Below the pieces are notes generated by a model. That model worked only from the letters and a program-made list of their open reading frames with translations. It made no database searches and had not been told where the DNA came from. A program made the translations under genes and the position numbers. From Eledone cirrhosa (lineage: Eukaryota), in contig OZ024744.1 of assembly GCA_964016885.1 (NCBI GenBank), positions 15,128,001 to 15,192,000 of the forward strand: 64,000 nucleotides of DNA. The letters are read 5' to 3'. Each line of letters starts with the position of its first letter. Position 1 is the stretch's first letter. Positions 12,568 to 26,300 of the stretch are shown in pieces.

Positions 12568-12726
12568 AACATTAGGAAGGGCACCCAGCCATAGAAACCA
12601 AGTCAGAAACAGTTCTGTATGAGCATGGCATAGTTATCTAATCTGACTTGTCTCACAACGCGATAACATATCCAATTCATGCTAGCATGGAAAAATGGAC
12701 TTTAAACGGTGATGTTGATGATGATT
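12568..12726 (+). mobile_element. SINE/RTE-type 3' tail fragment
   Basis: ttaggaagggcacccagccatagaaacc...catgctagcatggaaaaatggac...ggtgatgttgatgatgat; same tail type as 4860-5030. Confidence 0.75.
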
Positions 12727-12740
12727 ATATATATATATAT

Positions 12741-13333
12741 ATCATCATCATTATACGTCCGCTTTTCCCTGCTTGCAAGGGTGGGACGGGTCCTGTTCAG
12801 CACAGCATCTCTCCACTTGTCACGGATCTTCGTCATCTCCTCCGTGAGCTTCAGCAATCTGAGGTCTGCTCTCACCAACTCCCCTCATATTTTTCGTGGT
12901 CTTCCTCTAATACGTCTTCCTCTTACTGGGATTTCTTGGCACTTCTTCACCCATCAGTCATCCCCCATGCACATCACATGTCCATACCATCACAGTCTTC
13001 TCTCCCGGACACCACAACTTATCCCTCTTATACACAGTTTCTTTCTCAACTCGTCTATGCTTGGTTGTTCATGTACATTGACATTACACATCCAGAAGAG
13101 CATGCTTGCTTCATTTCTCTCCAGCCGTCGCATATCCTCTGCAGTTGCTGCCCATGTCTCACTAACATGCATCATATAACCGGCCTTTCGTACGCAGAGA
13201 GAAACCCTTCTTTGTCAGCAGAGGAAGCAGCTCCCTAAACTTCTTCCAACCCATCCTTATTCTAGATACTATGGCCTCGGACCCCCCCCCCCCCTCCCAT
13301 GCTAATCTGATCACCTAGGTACCGGAAGCTATC
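12741..13333 (-). mobile_element. RTE LINE 3' fragment (family of 6249-9340)
   Basis: (cat)n tail; near-identical to 6280-6740; encodes SFRYLGDQI, SETWAATAEDMRRLERNEA and KKCQEIPV. Tail-to-tail with the 12568-12726 element across (TA)n. Confidence 0.9.
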
Positions 13334-13776
13334 AATAAATTCCTTAGAATAACAATAAATATGCATAGGCCTGTGACAAAATACATCATTCATACAGAAT
13401 ATCACATGTGTACAACAACGTTCAAATTCCAACTAATATTAACTACATTTACTGCTACATATGGCACATAGCCTACTATTGTAAAGACTTTATTGCCAAA
13501 GTGGGTTGTGTAATTTTTTTGTAGTACGTACAGTTGAGGAGAAGATAAGAAGAATAAGATAAAACTTGTTTAAAAACGGTTTATGTTTTGTGTTTAATCA
13601 TTTGTTTAGGTAAAGGTAGAGGTAGAAAAAAAGAGTGTGTGAAAGTTAATGTTAGAAGTAAAATAAGAGTTAGAGTTAGGATTAATATTAGTGTTAGAAT
13701 AGTTATTGTGAATGGTCACATGGCTACAGACTACATGTTGTTCTTTAGATGCACCAATGCAATATATATATATATA

Positions 13777-13876
13777 CAGGGTGTCCCAAAATAATGTATA
13801 CAGGCTTCAACAGCATTCTAATAAATATTGCCTGTACAGGTAATCAGAATGTTTATACATTGTTTGGGACATCCTG
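13777..13876. mobile_element. 100-bp Tc1/mariner-type MITE
   Basis: TIRs cagggtgtcccaaaataatgtata / tatacattgtttgggacatcctg, flanked by TA in (TA)n. Confidence 0.8.
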
Positions 13877-13948
13877 TATATATATATATATTTATATATA
13901 AGCTTATGAATGACACACAAACTTTTATAAAATTAATAAAAATATCAC

Positions 13949-14039
13949 CTTAATAATTTCCTCGAGGGTATTCATGGATTCATCCTTAGCTATGATGAAT
14001 TTTCCTTGATAATTGCCATCAGCAATATTTTGGATAATC
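13949..14039 (-). CDS. AK7: AK7-like coding exon (4th in window): (A)IIQNIADGNYQGKFIIAKDESMNTLEEIIK
   Basis: ttatttattttag|G...AAG|gtgata; 91 nt, phase 2/0, completing the GC|G codon from exon 22601-22686. Resembles AK7 VIQNVID..VAVDESVHTLEDIVK (recalled). Confidence 0.88.
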
Positions 14040-14227
14040 CTAAAATAAATAAAGAAACAGTGAAAAAGGAAACAGGTACCAGTCTGTATTGATGAAAACA
14101 ATCAAAGGTGGTCTTGCAGTAATTTCAAAGAGGAAGCTTCTCATACTCAACTATACACACACACAAAGACATGCACACGCTTGTGCACATGCACACACAC
14201 ACATACGTGTATATATGTGAACATGAC

Positions 14228-14352
14228 TTGACTTTCGCTTTTCCATGTTTGCATGGGTTGGCCAGGTGTTTTCCTGCACAACTTCCCTCCACTTATCTCC
14301 TTCCTTTGTCATCTCCTCTATGAACAATTTGAGATCAGCTATCACCACCTCT
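14228..14352 (-). mobile_element. RTE LINE 3' terminus attached to the 43-bp satellite
   Basis: Minus strand encodes EVVIADLKLFIEEMTKEGDKWREVVQENTWPTHANMEK, homologous to the termini at 6283-6420 and 58020-58140. Confidence 0.85.
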
Positions 14353-17300
14353 GCACTTCTTGAACTTCCTCTACAGTAGTTACTGGGATTTTCTGGCACT
14401 TCTTGGACTTCCTCTACAGTAGTTACTGGGATTTCCTGGCACTTCTTGGACTTCCTCTACAGTAGTTACTGGGATTTCCTGGCACTTCTAGGACTTCCTC
14501 TACAGTAGTTACTGGGATTTCCTGGCACTTCTAGGACTTCCTCTACAGTAGTTACTGGGGTTTCCTGGCACTTCTTGGACTTCCTCTACAGTAGTTACTG
14601 GGATTTCCTGGCACTTCTTGGACTTCCTCTACAGTATTTCACTGGTATTTCCTGGCACTCCTTGAACTTCCTCTAGTGTAGACACTGGGATTTCCTAGCA
14701 CTTCTTAGACTTCTTCTACTGTAGTCACTGGGATTTTCTGGCACTTCTTAGTATTCCTCTACAGTAGTCACTGGGATTTCCTGGCACTTCTTGGACTTCC
14801 TCTACTGTAGTCACTGCGATTTCCTGGCACTTCTTGGACTTCCCCTACAGTATTTCATTGGGATTTCCTGCCACTTCTTAGACTCCCTCTACTGTAGTCA
14901 CTGGAATATCCTGGCACTTCTTGGACTTCCTCTACTGTAGTCACTGGTATTTCCTGGCACTTCTTGGACTTCCTCTACTGTAGTTACTGGGATTTCCTGC
15001 CACTTCTTAGACTTCCTCTACTGTAGTCACTGGAATATCCTGGCACTTCTTGGACTTCCTCTACTGTAGTCACTAGTATTTCCTGGCACTTCTTGGACTT
15101 CCTCTACTGTAGTTACTGGGATTTCCTGCCACTTCTTAGACTCCCTCTACTGTAGTCACTGGAATATCCTGGCACTTCTTGGACTTCCTCTACTGTAGTC
15201 ACTGGTATTTCCTGGCACTTCTTGGACTTCCTCTACTGTAGTTACTGGGATTTCCTGGCATTTCTTAGACTTCCTCTACTGTAGTCACTGGAGTTTCCTG
15301 GCACTTCTTGGACTTCCTCTACAGTATTTCATGGGATTTCCTGGCACTTCCTGAACTTCCTCTACTGTATTTACTGGGATTTCCTGCCACTTCTTAGACT
15401 CCCTCTACTGTAGTCACTGGAATATCCTGGCACTTCTTGGACTTCCTCTACTGTAGTCACTGGTATTTCCTGGCACTTCTTGGACTTCCTCTACTGTAGT
15501 TACTGGGATTTCCTGGCATTTCTTAGACTTCCTCTACTGTAGTCACTGGAGTTTCCTGGCACTTCTTGGACTTCCTCTACAGTATTTCATGGGATTTCCT
15601 GGCACTTCCTGAACTTCCTCTACTGTATTTACTGGGATATCCTGGCACTTCTTAGACTTCCTCTACTGTAGACACTGGAATTTCCTGGCACTTCTTGGAC
15701 TTCTTATACAGTATTTCACTGGGATTTTCTGGCATTTCTTAATCTTCCTCTACGGTAGTCACTGGGTTTTCCTGGCATTTCTTGGACTTCCCCTACAGTA
15801 TTTCAATGGTATTTCCTGCCACTTCTTAGACTTCCTCTACTGTAGTCACTGGGATTTCCTGGCACTTCTTGGACTTCCGCTACAGTATTTCCCTGGGATT
15901 TCCTGGCACTTCTTGGACTTTCTCTACTGTAGACACTGGGTTTCCTGGCACTTCTTAGACTTCCTCTACTGTAGACACTGGGATTTCCTGGCACTTCTTA
16001 GACTTCCTCTACTGTAGTCACTGGTATTTCCTGGCACTTCTTGGACTTCCTCTACTGTAGTCACTGCGATTTCCTGGCACTTCTTGAACTTCCCCTACAG
16101 TATTTCACTGGGATTTCCGGCCACTTCTTAGACTTCCTCTACTGTAGTCACTGGAATTTCCTGGCACTTCTTGGTCTTCCTCTACTGTAGTCACTGGGGT
16201 TTCCTGGCACTTCTTGGACTTTCTCTTCAGTATTTCATGGGATTTCCTGGCACTTCCTGAACTTCCTCCACTGTAGTTACTGGGATTTCCTGGCACTTCT
16301 TGGACTTCCTCTACTGTAGACACTGGGATTTCCTGGCACATCTTAGACTTCCTCTACTGTAGTTACTGGGATTTCCTGGCACTTGTTGAACTTCCTCTAC
16401 AATATTTCACTGGGATTTCTGGCCACTTCTTAGACTTCCTCTACTGTAGTCACTGGAATTTCCTGGCACTTCTTGGACTTCCTCTACTGTAGACACTGGG
16501 ATTTCCTGGCACTTCTAGGACTTCCTCTACTGTAGTCACTGGGATTCCCTGGCACATCTTGGACTTCCTCTACTGTAGACACTGGGATTTCGTGGCACTT
16601 CTTGGACTTCCTCTACTGTAGTCACTGGGATTTCCTGGCACTTCTTGGACATCCTCTACAGTATTTCATTGGAATTTCCTGGCACTTCTTAGACTTCTTC
16701 TACTGTAGTCACTGGGATTTCCTGGCACTTCTTGGACTTCCTCTACTGTAGATACTAGGATTTCCTGGCACTTCTTGGACTTCCTCTACTGTAGTTACTG
16801 GGATTTCCTGGCACTTCTTGAACTTCCCCTACAGTATTTCACTGGGATTTCCGGCCACTTCTTAGACTTCCTCTACTGTAGTCACTGGAATTTCCTGGCA
16901 CTTCTTGGTCTTCCTCTACTGTAGTCACTGGGGTTTCCTGGCACTTCTTGGACTTTCTCTTCAGTATTTCATGGGATTTCCTGGCACTTCCTGAACTTCC
17001 TCCACTGTAGTTACTGGGATTTCCTGGCACTTCTTGGACTTCCTCTACTGTAGACACTGGGATTTCCTGGCACATCTTAGACTTCCTCTACTGTAGTTAC
17101 TGGGATTTCCTGGCACTTGTTGAACTTCCTCTACAATATTTCACTGGGATTTCTGGCCACTTCTTAGACTTCCTCTACTGTAGTCACTGGAATTTCCTGG
17201 CACTTCTTGGACTTCCTCTACTGTAGACACTGGGATTTCCTGGCACTTCTAGGACTTCCTCTACTGTAGTCACTGGGATTCCCTGGCACATCTTGGACTT

Positions 17301-20300
17301 CCTCTACTGTAGACACTGGGATTTCGTGGCACTTCTTGGACTTCCTCTACTGTAGTCACTGGGATTCCCTGGCACATCTTGGACTTCCTCTACTGTAGAC
17401 ACTGGGATTTCGTGGCACTTCTTGGACTTCCTCTACTGTAGTCACTGGGATTTCCTGGCACTTCTTGGACATCCTCTACAGTATTTCATTGGGATTTCCT
17501 GGCACTTCTTGAACTTCCTCTACTGTAGTCACTGGGATTTCCTGGCACTTGATGGACTTCCTCTACTGTAGTCACTGGGATTTCCTGGCCCTTCTTAGAC
17601 TTCCTCTACACTATTTCACTGGGATTTCTTGGCACTTCTTGGACTTCCTCTACCGTAGTCATTGGGATTTCCTGGCACATCTTAGACTTCCTCTACTGTA
17701 GTCACTGGGATTTCCTGGCACTTCTTGGACTTCCTCTACAGTATTTCACTGGGATTTCCTGGCACTTCAATGACTTATTCTACAGTAGTTACTGGGATTT
17801 CTTGGCACTTCCTGGACTTCCTCTACTGTAGTCATTGGGATTTCCTTGCACATCTTGGACTTCCTCTACTGTAGTCACTAGGATTTTTTGGCACTTCTTG
17901 GACTTCCTCTACTGTAGTCACTGGGATTTCCTGGCACTTTTTGGACTTCCTCTACTGTAGTCACTGGGATTTCCTGGCACTTCTTGAACTTCCTCTACCG
18001 TTGTCATTGGGATTTCCTGGCACATCTTAGACTTCCTCTACTGTAGTCACTGGGATTTCCTGGCACTTCTTGGACTTCCTCTACTGTAGTCACTGGGATT
18101 TCCTGGCACTTCTTGTACTTCCTCTACTGTAGTCACTTGGATTACCTGGCACTTCTTGGTCTTCCTCTACAGTATTTCATTGTGATTTCCTGGCACTTCT
18201 TGAACTTCCTCTACTGTAGTCACTGGAATTTCTTGGCACTCCTTGGACTTCCTCTAATGTAGTCATTTTGATTTTCTGGCACATCTTAGACTTCCTCTAC
18301 AGTAGTTACTGTGATTTCCTGGCACTTCTTAGTCTTCCTCTACTATAGTCACTGGGATTTCCTGGCACTTCTTGGTCTTCTTCTACTGTAGTCACTGGGA
18401 TTTCCTGGGACCTCATGGACTTCCTCTACTGTAGTCACTGGCATTTCCTGGCACTTCTTCGACTTCCTCTACAGTATTTCACTGGGATTTCCTGGCACTT
18501 CTTGGACTTCCTCTACAGTATTTCATTGGAATTTCCTGGCACTTCTTAGACTTCTTCTACTGTAGTCACTGGGATTTCCTGGCACTTCTTGGACTTCCTC
18601 TACTGTAGATACTAGGATTTCCTGGCACTTCTTGGACTTCCTCTACTGTAGTTACTGGGATTTCCTGGCACTTATTGGAATTTCTCTACTGTAGTCACTG
18701 GGATTTCCTGGCACTTCCTAGACTTCCTCTACTGTAGTCACTAGGATTTCCTGGCGCTTCTTAGACTTCCTCTACTGTAGTTAATGGGAATTCCTGGCAC
18801 TTATTGGACTTCCTCTACTGTAGTCACTGTATTTCCTGGCACTTCTTAGACTTCCTCTACAGTATTTCACTGGGATTTCCTGGCACTTCTTGGACTTCCT
18901 CTACTGTAATTACTGGGATTTCCTGCCGCTTCTTGCTCTTCCTTGCCAGTATTTCACTGGGATATCCTGGCATTTCTTAGTCTTCCTCTACAGTATTTAA
19001 CTGGTATTTCCTGGCACTTCTTAGACTATTTCTACAGTATTTCACTGGGATTTCCTGGCATTTCTTGGACTTCCTCTACTGTTGTCACTGGGATTTCCTG
19101 GCACTTCTTACTATTCTTCTACTGTAGTCACTGTATTTCCTGGCACATCTTAGACTTCCTCTACTGTATTTCACTGGGATTTCCTGGCACTTCTTGGTCT
19201 TCCTCTACAGTATTTCACTGGGATTTCCTGGCATTTCTTAGTCTTCCTCTACAGTATTTCACTGGGATTTCCTGGCACTTCTTGGACCTCCTCTACAGTA
19301 TTTAACTGGGATTTCCTGGCACTTCTTAGTCTTCCTCTACAGTATTTCACTGGGATTTCCTGGCACTTCTTGGTTTTCCTCTACAGTATTTCACTGGTAT
19401 TTCCTGGGACTTCTTAGTCCTCCTCTAAAGTATTTCACTACTGTAGTCATTGGGACTTCCTGGCACTTCTTAGACTTCTTCTACTGTAGTCACTGGGATT
19501 CAACTGGCACTTCTTGGTCCTCTTCTACTGTAGTCACTGGGATTTCCTTGCACTACTTTGACTTCCTCTACTGTAGTGACTGGGATATCCTGGCACTTCT
19601 TAGACTTCCTCTACTGTAGTTACTGGTATTTCCTGGCACTTCTTGGACTTCCTCTACTGTAGTCACTGGGATTTCCTGGCACTTCTTGGACTTCCTCTAC
19701 TGTAGTCACTGGGATTTCCTGGCACTTCTTGGACTTCCTCTACAGTATTTCACTGGGATTTCCTGGGACTTCATGGACTTCCTCTACAGTATTTCACTGG
19801 GATTTCCTGGAACTTCTTAGACTTGCTCTACAGTATTTTGCTGGGATTTCCTGGCACTTCTTGGTTTTCCTCTACAGTATTTCACTGGGATTTCCTGGCA
19901 CTTCCTAGTCCTCCTCTAAAGTATTTCACTGGGATTTCCTTGCACTTCTTGGTCTCCCTCTACTGTAGTCACTGGGATTTCCTGGCACTTCTTGGTCTTC
20001 CTCTACTGTAGTCACTGCAATTTCTTGTCACATCTTAGTCTCCCTCTACAGTATTTCACTGGGATTTCCTGGCACTTATTGGACTTCCTCTACAGTATTT
20101 CACTGGGATTTCCTGGAACTTCTTAGACTTGCTCTACAGTATTTTGCTGGGATTTCCTGGCACTTCTTGGACTTCCTCTACTGTAGTCACTGGGATTTCC
20201 TGGCACTTCTTGGACTTATACAGTATTTCACTGGGATTTCCTGGCACTTCTTGGACTTCCTCTACTGTAGTCACTGGGATTTCCTGGCACTTCTTGGTCT

Positions 20301-21812
20301 TCCTCTACAGTATTTCACTGAGATTTCCTGGCACTTCTTGGTCTTCCTCTACAGTATTTCACTGGGATTTCCTGGCACTTCTTAATCTTCATCTACTGTA
20401 GTTACTGGGATTTCCTGGCACTTCTTAGTCTTCCTCTACAGTATTTCACTCGGACTTTCTGGCACTTCTTGGTCTTCCTCTACAGTATTTCACTGGGATT
20501 TCCTGGCACTTCTTGGTCTTCCTCTACTGTAGTTACTGGGATTTCCTGGCACTTCTTGGACATCCTCTACTGTAGTCACTGGGATTTCCTGGCACTTCTT
20601 GGACTTCCTCTACTGTAGTCACTGGGATTTCCTGGCACTTCTTGGTCCTCCTCTACAGTATTTCACTGGGATTTCCTGGCACTTCTTAATCTTCATCTAC
20701 TGTAGTTACTGGGATTTCCTGGCACTTCTTAGTCTTCCTCTACAGTATTTCACTCGGATTTTCTGGCACTTCTTGGTCTTCCTCTACAGTATTTCACTGG
20801 GATTTCCTGGCACTTCTTGGTCTTCCTCTACTGTAGTTACTGGGATTTCCTGGCACTTCTTGGACTTCCTCAACTGTAGTCACTGGGATTTCCTGGCACT
20901 TCTTGGACTTCCTCTACTGTAGTCACTGGGATTTCCTGGCACTTCTTGGTCCTCATCTACTGTAGTCACTGGGATTTCCTTGCACTTCTTTGACTTCCTC
21001 TACTGTAGTGACTGGGATATCTTGGCACTTCTTAGACTTCCTGTACTGTAGTTACTGGTATTTCCTGGCACTTCTTGGACTTCCTCTACTGTAGTCACTG
21101 GGATTTCCTGGCACTTCTTGGACTTCCTCTACAGTATTTCACTGGGATTTCCTGGGACTTCATGGACTTCTTCTACTGTAGTCACTAGGATTTCCTGGCA
21201 CTTCTTGGACTTCCTCTACTGTAGTCACTGGGATTTCCTGGCACTTCTTGGACTTCCTCTACTGTAGTCATTGGGATTTCCTGGCACTTCTTGGACTTCC
21301 TCTACTGTAGTCACTGGGATTTCCTGGCACTTCTTGGTCTTCCTCTACTGTAGTTAGTGTGATTTCCTGGCACTTCTTGGACTTCCTCTACTGTAGTCAT
21401 TGGGATTTCCTGGCACTTCTTGGACTTCCTCTACTGTAGTCATTGGGATTTCCTGGGACTTCATGGACTTCTTCTACTGTAGTCACTCGGATTTCCTGGC
21501 ACTTCTTGGTCTTCCTCTACTGTAGTCACTGGGATTTCCTGGCACTTCTTGGACTTCCTCTACTGTAGTCACTCGGACTTCTTGGACTTCATCTACTGTA
21601 GTCACTGGGATTTCCTGGCACTTCTTGGACTTCCTCTACTGTAGTCACTGGTATTTTCTGGCACTTGTTAGTCTTCCTCTACAGTATTTCACTGGGATTT
21701 ACTGGCACTTCTTAGTCTTCTTCTACTGTAGTTACTGGGATTTTCTGGCACTTCTTGGACTTCCTCTACAGTATTTCACTGGGATTTCCTGGCACTTCTT
21801 GGACTTCCTCTA
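14353..21812. repeat. 43/44-bp tandem satellite, ~170 copies, RTE-coding-derived
   Basis: Consensus ctgggatttcctggcacttcttggacttcctctactgtagtca (43 bp), with a 44-bp variant ...tacagtatttca. A 734-bp higher-order duplication is shown by identical ORFs at 16105 and 16839. Confidence 0.97.
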
Positions 21813-21884
21813 GTATTGTCAATACAACAAAGAATAGTAACATGATTGAAAATAGATAAATAATCATGAGATATTTTAAACCTG

Positions 21885-22160
21885 GTGAATTGGGAGAATC
21901 ATTAGAGCATCAAATGAAATCATTTGCTGTATTTGTTCTGGTTCCTAATATTCTGGGCTCAACTCCCAAGATTGTCTCTGCCTTTTATCCTGTTAATTGA
22001 CTTTCCCCCAAAAAATGCTGGCCTTGAGCCTAAATTAAATACCAGTTCAAATCCCGCCGAGGTTAACTTTGCCTTTCATCCTTACCGGGTCTATAAAATA
22101 AAGTACCAGTAATACACTGGGTAATTGCTGGCCTTGTGCCAAATGTAGAAACAATTATTT
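21885..22160 (+). mobile_element. Degenerate Nin/Deu-like SINE fragments
   Basis: gttcaaatcccgccgaggttaactttgcctttcatcc...taaaataaagtaccagtaatacactggg...gtagaaacaattatt matches 11850-11965. Confidence 0.7.
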
Positions 22161-22269
22161 TATTTTTGTCCTTTTATATTTTGAGTTTGAATCCTACTAA
22201 GGTCATTTTTAGCTGTTTTTTATTCCAGGTTTGATAAAAAAAAAGTACCAGTGGTACTTATGTTCATAA

Positions 22270-22500
22270 TGTAGGTTTGATTCCTTGACCTGGTTGTGTG
22301 TTGTGTTCTTGAGCAAAACATTTCATTTCAAGTTGCTCCAGTATACTCAACTGAAAATGAGTACCAGCAATGGCTGAGGATTTAACCCTGCGATGGACTA
22401 GCGTCCTGTCCAGTGGGGAGTCTTGTACCCTAAGTCACTTAATGTCACAAAACCAGAATAAGCACTGGCCTGATGAGCCTGCTGGCTTGAGACAGACTTA
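22270..22500 (+). mobile_element. tRNA-derived SINE with a CORE/Meta-like domain followed by a V-domain-like segment
   Basis: B-box-like ggtttgattcc; gtgttcttgagcaaaac; aaccctgcgatggactagcgtcctgtccag resembles the V-SINE central domain (recalled). Confidence 0.65.
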
Positions 22501-22600
22501 ATTAAGTACTGGTGTCAATATAATTAGTGATATTACTCTTGCAAACAGGTATGCGTGGCCTCGGTCAGAAATCAATGATCATAAAATGTGGTTTACTTAC

Positions 22601-22686
22601 GCAGCAAGATCTTGTATGTGAATTGTGGGCACAACATTATTTCCACTCCCAATACATTTCAAGACAGGATCATTGTGCCAAGCATT
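22601..22686 (-). CDS. AK7: AK7-like coding exon (3rd in window): NAWHNDPVLKCIGSGNNVVPTIHIQDLA
   Basis: tttcattcatag|AAT...GC|gtaagt; 86 nt, phase 0/2. Resembles AK7 AWLG..FGDGTNVIPTIHVLDLA (recalled). Confidence 0.9.
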
Positions 22687-23205
22687 CTATGAATGAAACA
22701 GGACAAAGTAAATATTCAAGAGGAGATGAAGAGGAAAGGGAGATATTCAGAATGTTTATATATATAACCAATGTTAATACAAAAAAAAAAAAAAATATAT
22801 GACAGATGTCCCGCCGCCACCAGAAGAGGATTGTTCTCTCTACTAAAGCAAAAATTAGCCCTGTAGGCACCCATGACAAACCTGTTTATTTCGCCCTATA
22901 GTCTGCATCACATTTCATCAATCCTTGACTTTCATTTACTCATGTCTTTCTTAGTCTTCCACATTTATTTCCATCACTCCTCACACCCAGTCATCCTTCC
23001 TTAATACACGATTAAATTGTTTCATTCCATTACCATAAGTCCTCAGTTTAGAACAGGTACACAACATTTTCACATCTTGTAAGATATGACTAGAAAGATA
23101 TCTGCCAGGAAAGGTATCTGGTAATAAAAAATTACCCCAAAGGCAGTCATAGTTCTATTTTATCTTTTTTTTAAAAGTTTCATGGAGTGGAGGATGTTAA
23201 TCCAC

Positions 23206-23364
23206 ATCATCCTCATCCTCATCTTGTTTAACGTCCATCTTCCATGCTAGCATAGATAGGACGGGCTGTCCCTTTGTGAGGGATCAGGTCGGGGGACAGT
23301 GATTCGCACACACAGAAATGATTTTAGCTTGGTTTCTATGGCTGGATGTCATTCCTAATGCCAA
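23206..23364 (-). mobile_element. RTE/SINE 3' end attached to the 48-bp satellite
   Basis: Degenerate (cat)n tail, aacgtccatcttccatgctagc, and gcttggtttctatggctggatgtcattcctaatgccaacc, which matches the reverse complement of 4860-4900, 62355-62400 and 63520-63565. Runs directly into the first monomer. Confidence 0.88.
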
Positions 23365-26300
23365 CCACATTTACAGTGTGGACTGGGTATTTTTGTCATG
23401 ACACCTACATGACCACTTTACAGTGTGGACTGGGTGCTTTTTGTTGTGACACCTACATGACCACTTTACAGTGTGGACTGGGTGCTTTTTGTTGTGACAC
23501 CTACATGACCACTTTACAGTGTGGACTGGGTGCTTTTTGTTGTGACACCTACATGACCACTTTACAGTGTGGACTGGGTGCTTTTTGTTGTGACACCTAC
23601 ATGACCACTTTACAGTGTGGACTGGGTGCTTTTTGTTGTGACACCTACATGACCACTTTACAGTGTGGACTGGGTGCTTTTTGTTGTGACACCTACATGA
23701 CCACTTTACAGAGTGGACTGGGTACTTTTTGTTGTGACACCTACACAACCACTTTACAGTGTGGACTGGGTACTTTTTGATGTGACACCTACATGACCAC
23801 TTTACAGTGTGGACTGGGTACTTTTTGTTGTGACACCTAGATGACCACTTTACAGTGTGGACTGGGTACTTTTTGTTGTGACACCTACATGACCACTTTA
23901 CAGTGTGGACTGGGTACTTTTTGATGTGACACCTACATGACCACTTTACAGTGTGGACTGGGTAGTTTTTGTTGTGACACCTACATGACCACTTTACAGT
24001 GTGGACTGGGTACTTTTTGTTGTGACACCTACATGACCACTTTACAGTGTGGACAAGGTACTTTTTGTTGTGACACCTACATGACCATTTTACAGTGTGT
24101 ACTGGGTACTTTTTGTTGTGACACCTACATCACCACTTTACAGTGTGACTGGGTAGTTTTTGTTGTGACACCTACATGACCACTTTACAGTGTGGACTGG
24201 GTACTTTTTGTTGTGACACCTACATGACCACTTTACAGTGTGGACTGGGTGCTTTTTGTTGTGACACCTACATGACCACTTTACAGTGTGGACTGGGTAG
24301 TTTTTGTTGTGACACCTACATGACCACTTTACAGTGTGGACTGGGTACTTTTTGTTGTGACACCTACATGACCACTTTACAGTGTGGACTGGGTGCTTTT
24401 TGTTGTGACACCTACACAACCACTTTACAGTGTGGACTGGGTAGTTTTTGTTGTGACACCTACATGACCACTTTACAGTGTGGACTGGGTACTTTTTGTT
24501 GTGACACCTACATGACCATTTTACAGTGTGGACTGGGTGCTTTTTGTTGTGACACCTACATGACCACTTTACAGTGTGGACTGGGTACTTTTTGTTATGA
24601 CACCTACATGACCACTTTACAGTGTGGACTGGGTAGTTTTTGTTGTGACACCTACATGACCACTTTACAGTGTAGACTGGGTAGTTTTTGTTGTGACACC
24701 TCCATCACCACTTTACAGTGTGGACTGGGTGTTTTTGTTGTGACACCTACATGACCACTTTACAGTGTGGACTGGGTACTTTTTGTTTTGACACCTACAT
24801 GACTTTACAGTGTGGACTGAGTACATTTTGTTGTAACACCTACATTACCACTTTACAGTGTGGACTGGGTACTTTTTGTCGTGACACCTACATGACCACT
24901 TTACAGTGTGGACTAGGTACTTTTGTCATGACACCTTCATGAGCACATTTACAGTGTGGACTGGGTGTTTTTGTTGTGACACCTACATGACCACTTTACA
25001 GTGTGGACTGGGTACTTTTTGTTGTGACATCTACATGACAACTTTACAGTGTGGACTGGATACTTTTTGTCATGACACCTACATGACCAATTTACAGTGT
25101 GGGCTGGGTGTTTTTGTTGTGACACATACATGACCACTTTACAGTGTGGACTGGGTACTTTTTGTTGTGACACCTACATGACCACTTTACAGTGTGGACT
25201 GGGTACTTTTTGTTGTGACACCTACATGACAACTTTACAGTGTGGACTGGATACTTTTTGTCATGACACCTTCATGACCACTTTACAGTGTGGACTGGGT
25301 ACTTTTGTTGTGACACCTACATGACCACTTTACAGTGTGGACTGAGTACTTTTTGTTGTGACACCTACATGACCACTTTACAGTGTGGACTAGGTACTTT
25401 TATCATGACACCTTCATGACTACATTTACAGTGTGGACTGGGTGTTTTTGTTGTGACACCTACACAACCACTTTACAGTGTGGACTGGGTGTTTTTGTTA
25501 TGACACCTACATGACCACCTTACAGTGTGGACTGGGTACTTTTTCACATGACACCTACATGACCACTTTACAGTGTGGACTGGGTACTTTTGTCATGACA
25601 CCTTCATGACCACATTTACAGTGTGGACTGGGTCCTCTTCGTCATGACACCAACATGACCACTTTACAGTGTGGACTGGGTCCATTTTGTCATGACACCT
25701 ACATGACCACTTTACAGTGTGGACTGGGTACTTTTTGTCATGACACCTTCATGACCACATTTACAGTGTGGACTGGGTGTTTTTGTTGTGACACCTACAT
25801 GACCACTTTACAGTGTGGACTGGGTACTTTTTGTCATGACACCTACATCACCACTTTACAGTGTGGACTAGGTACTTTTGTCATGACACCTACATGATCA
25901 CTTTACAGTGTGGACTGGGTATTTTTTGTCATGACACCTTTATGACCACATTTACAGTGTGGACTGGGTGTTTTTGTTGTGACACCTACACAACCACTTT
26001 ACAGTGTGGACTGGGTACTCTTTGCTGTGACACCTACATGACCACTTTAAAGTGTGGACTGGGTACTTTTTGTTGTGACACCTACATGAGCACTTTACAG
26101 TGTGGACTGGGTACTTTTTGTTGTGACACATACATGACCACTTTACAGTGTGGACTGGGTACTTTTTGTTGTGACACCTACATGACCACTTTACAGTGTG
26201 GACTGGGTACTGTTTGTTGTGACACCTACATGACCACTTTACAGTGTAGACTGTGTACTTTTTGTCGTAACACCTACATCACCTCTTTACAGTGTGAGCT

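Noticed and set aside
15803-21813. ORFs within the 43-bp array
   Set aside because: The unit is not a multiple of 3; these are chance frames in a TE-derived satellite.
22440-22500. CTGATGAG as a possible hammerhead ribozyme core
   Set aside because: No correctly placed GAAA or three-stem arrangement in this copy; it is explained as SINE body sequence.
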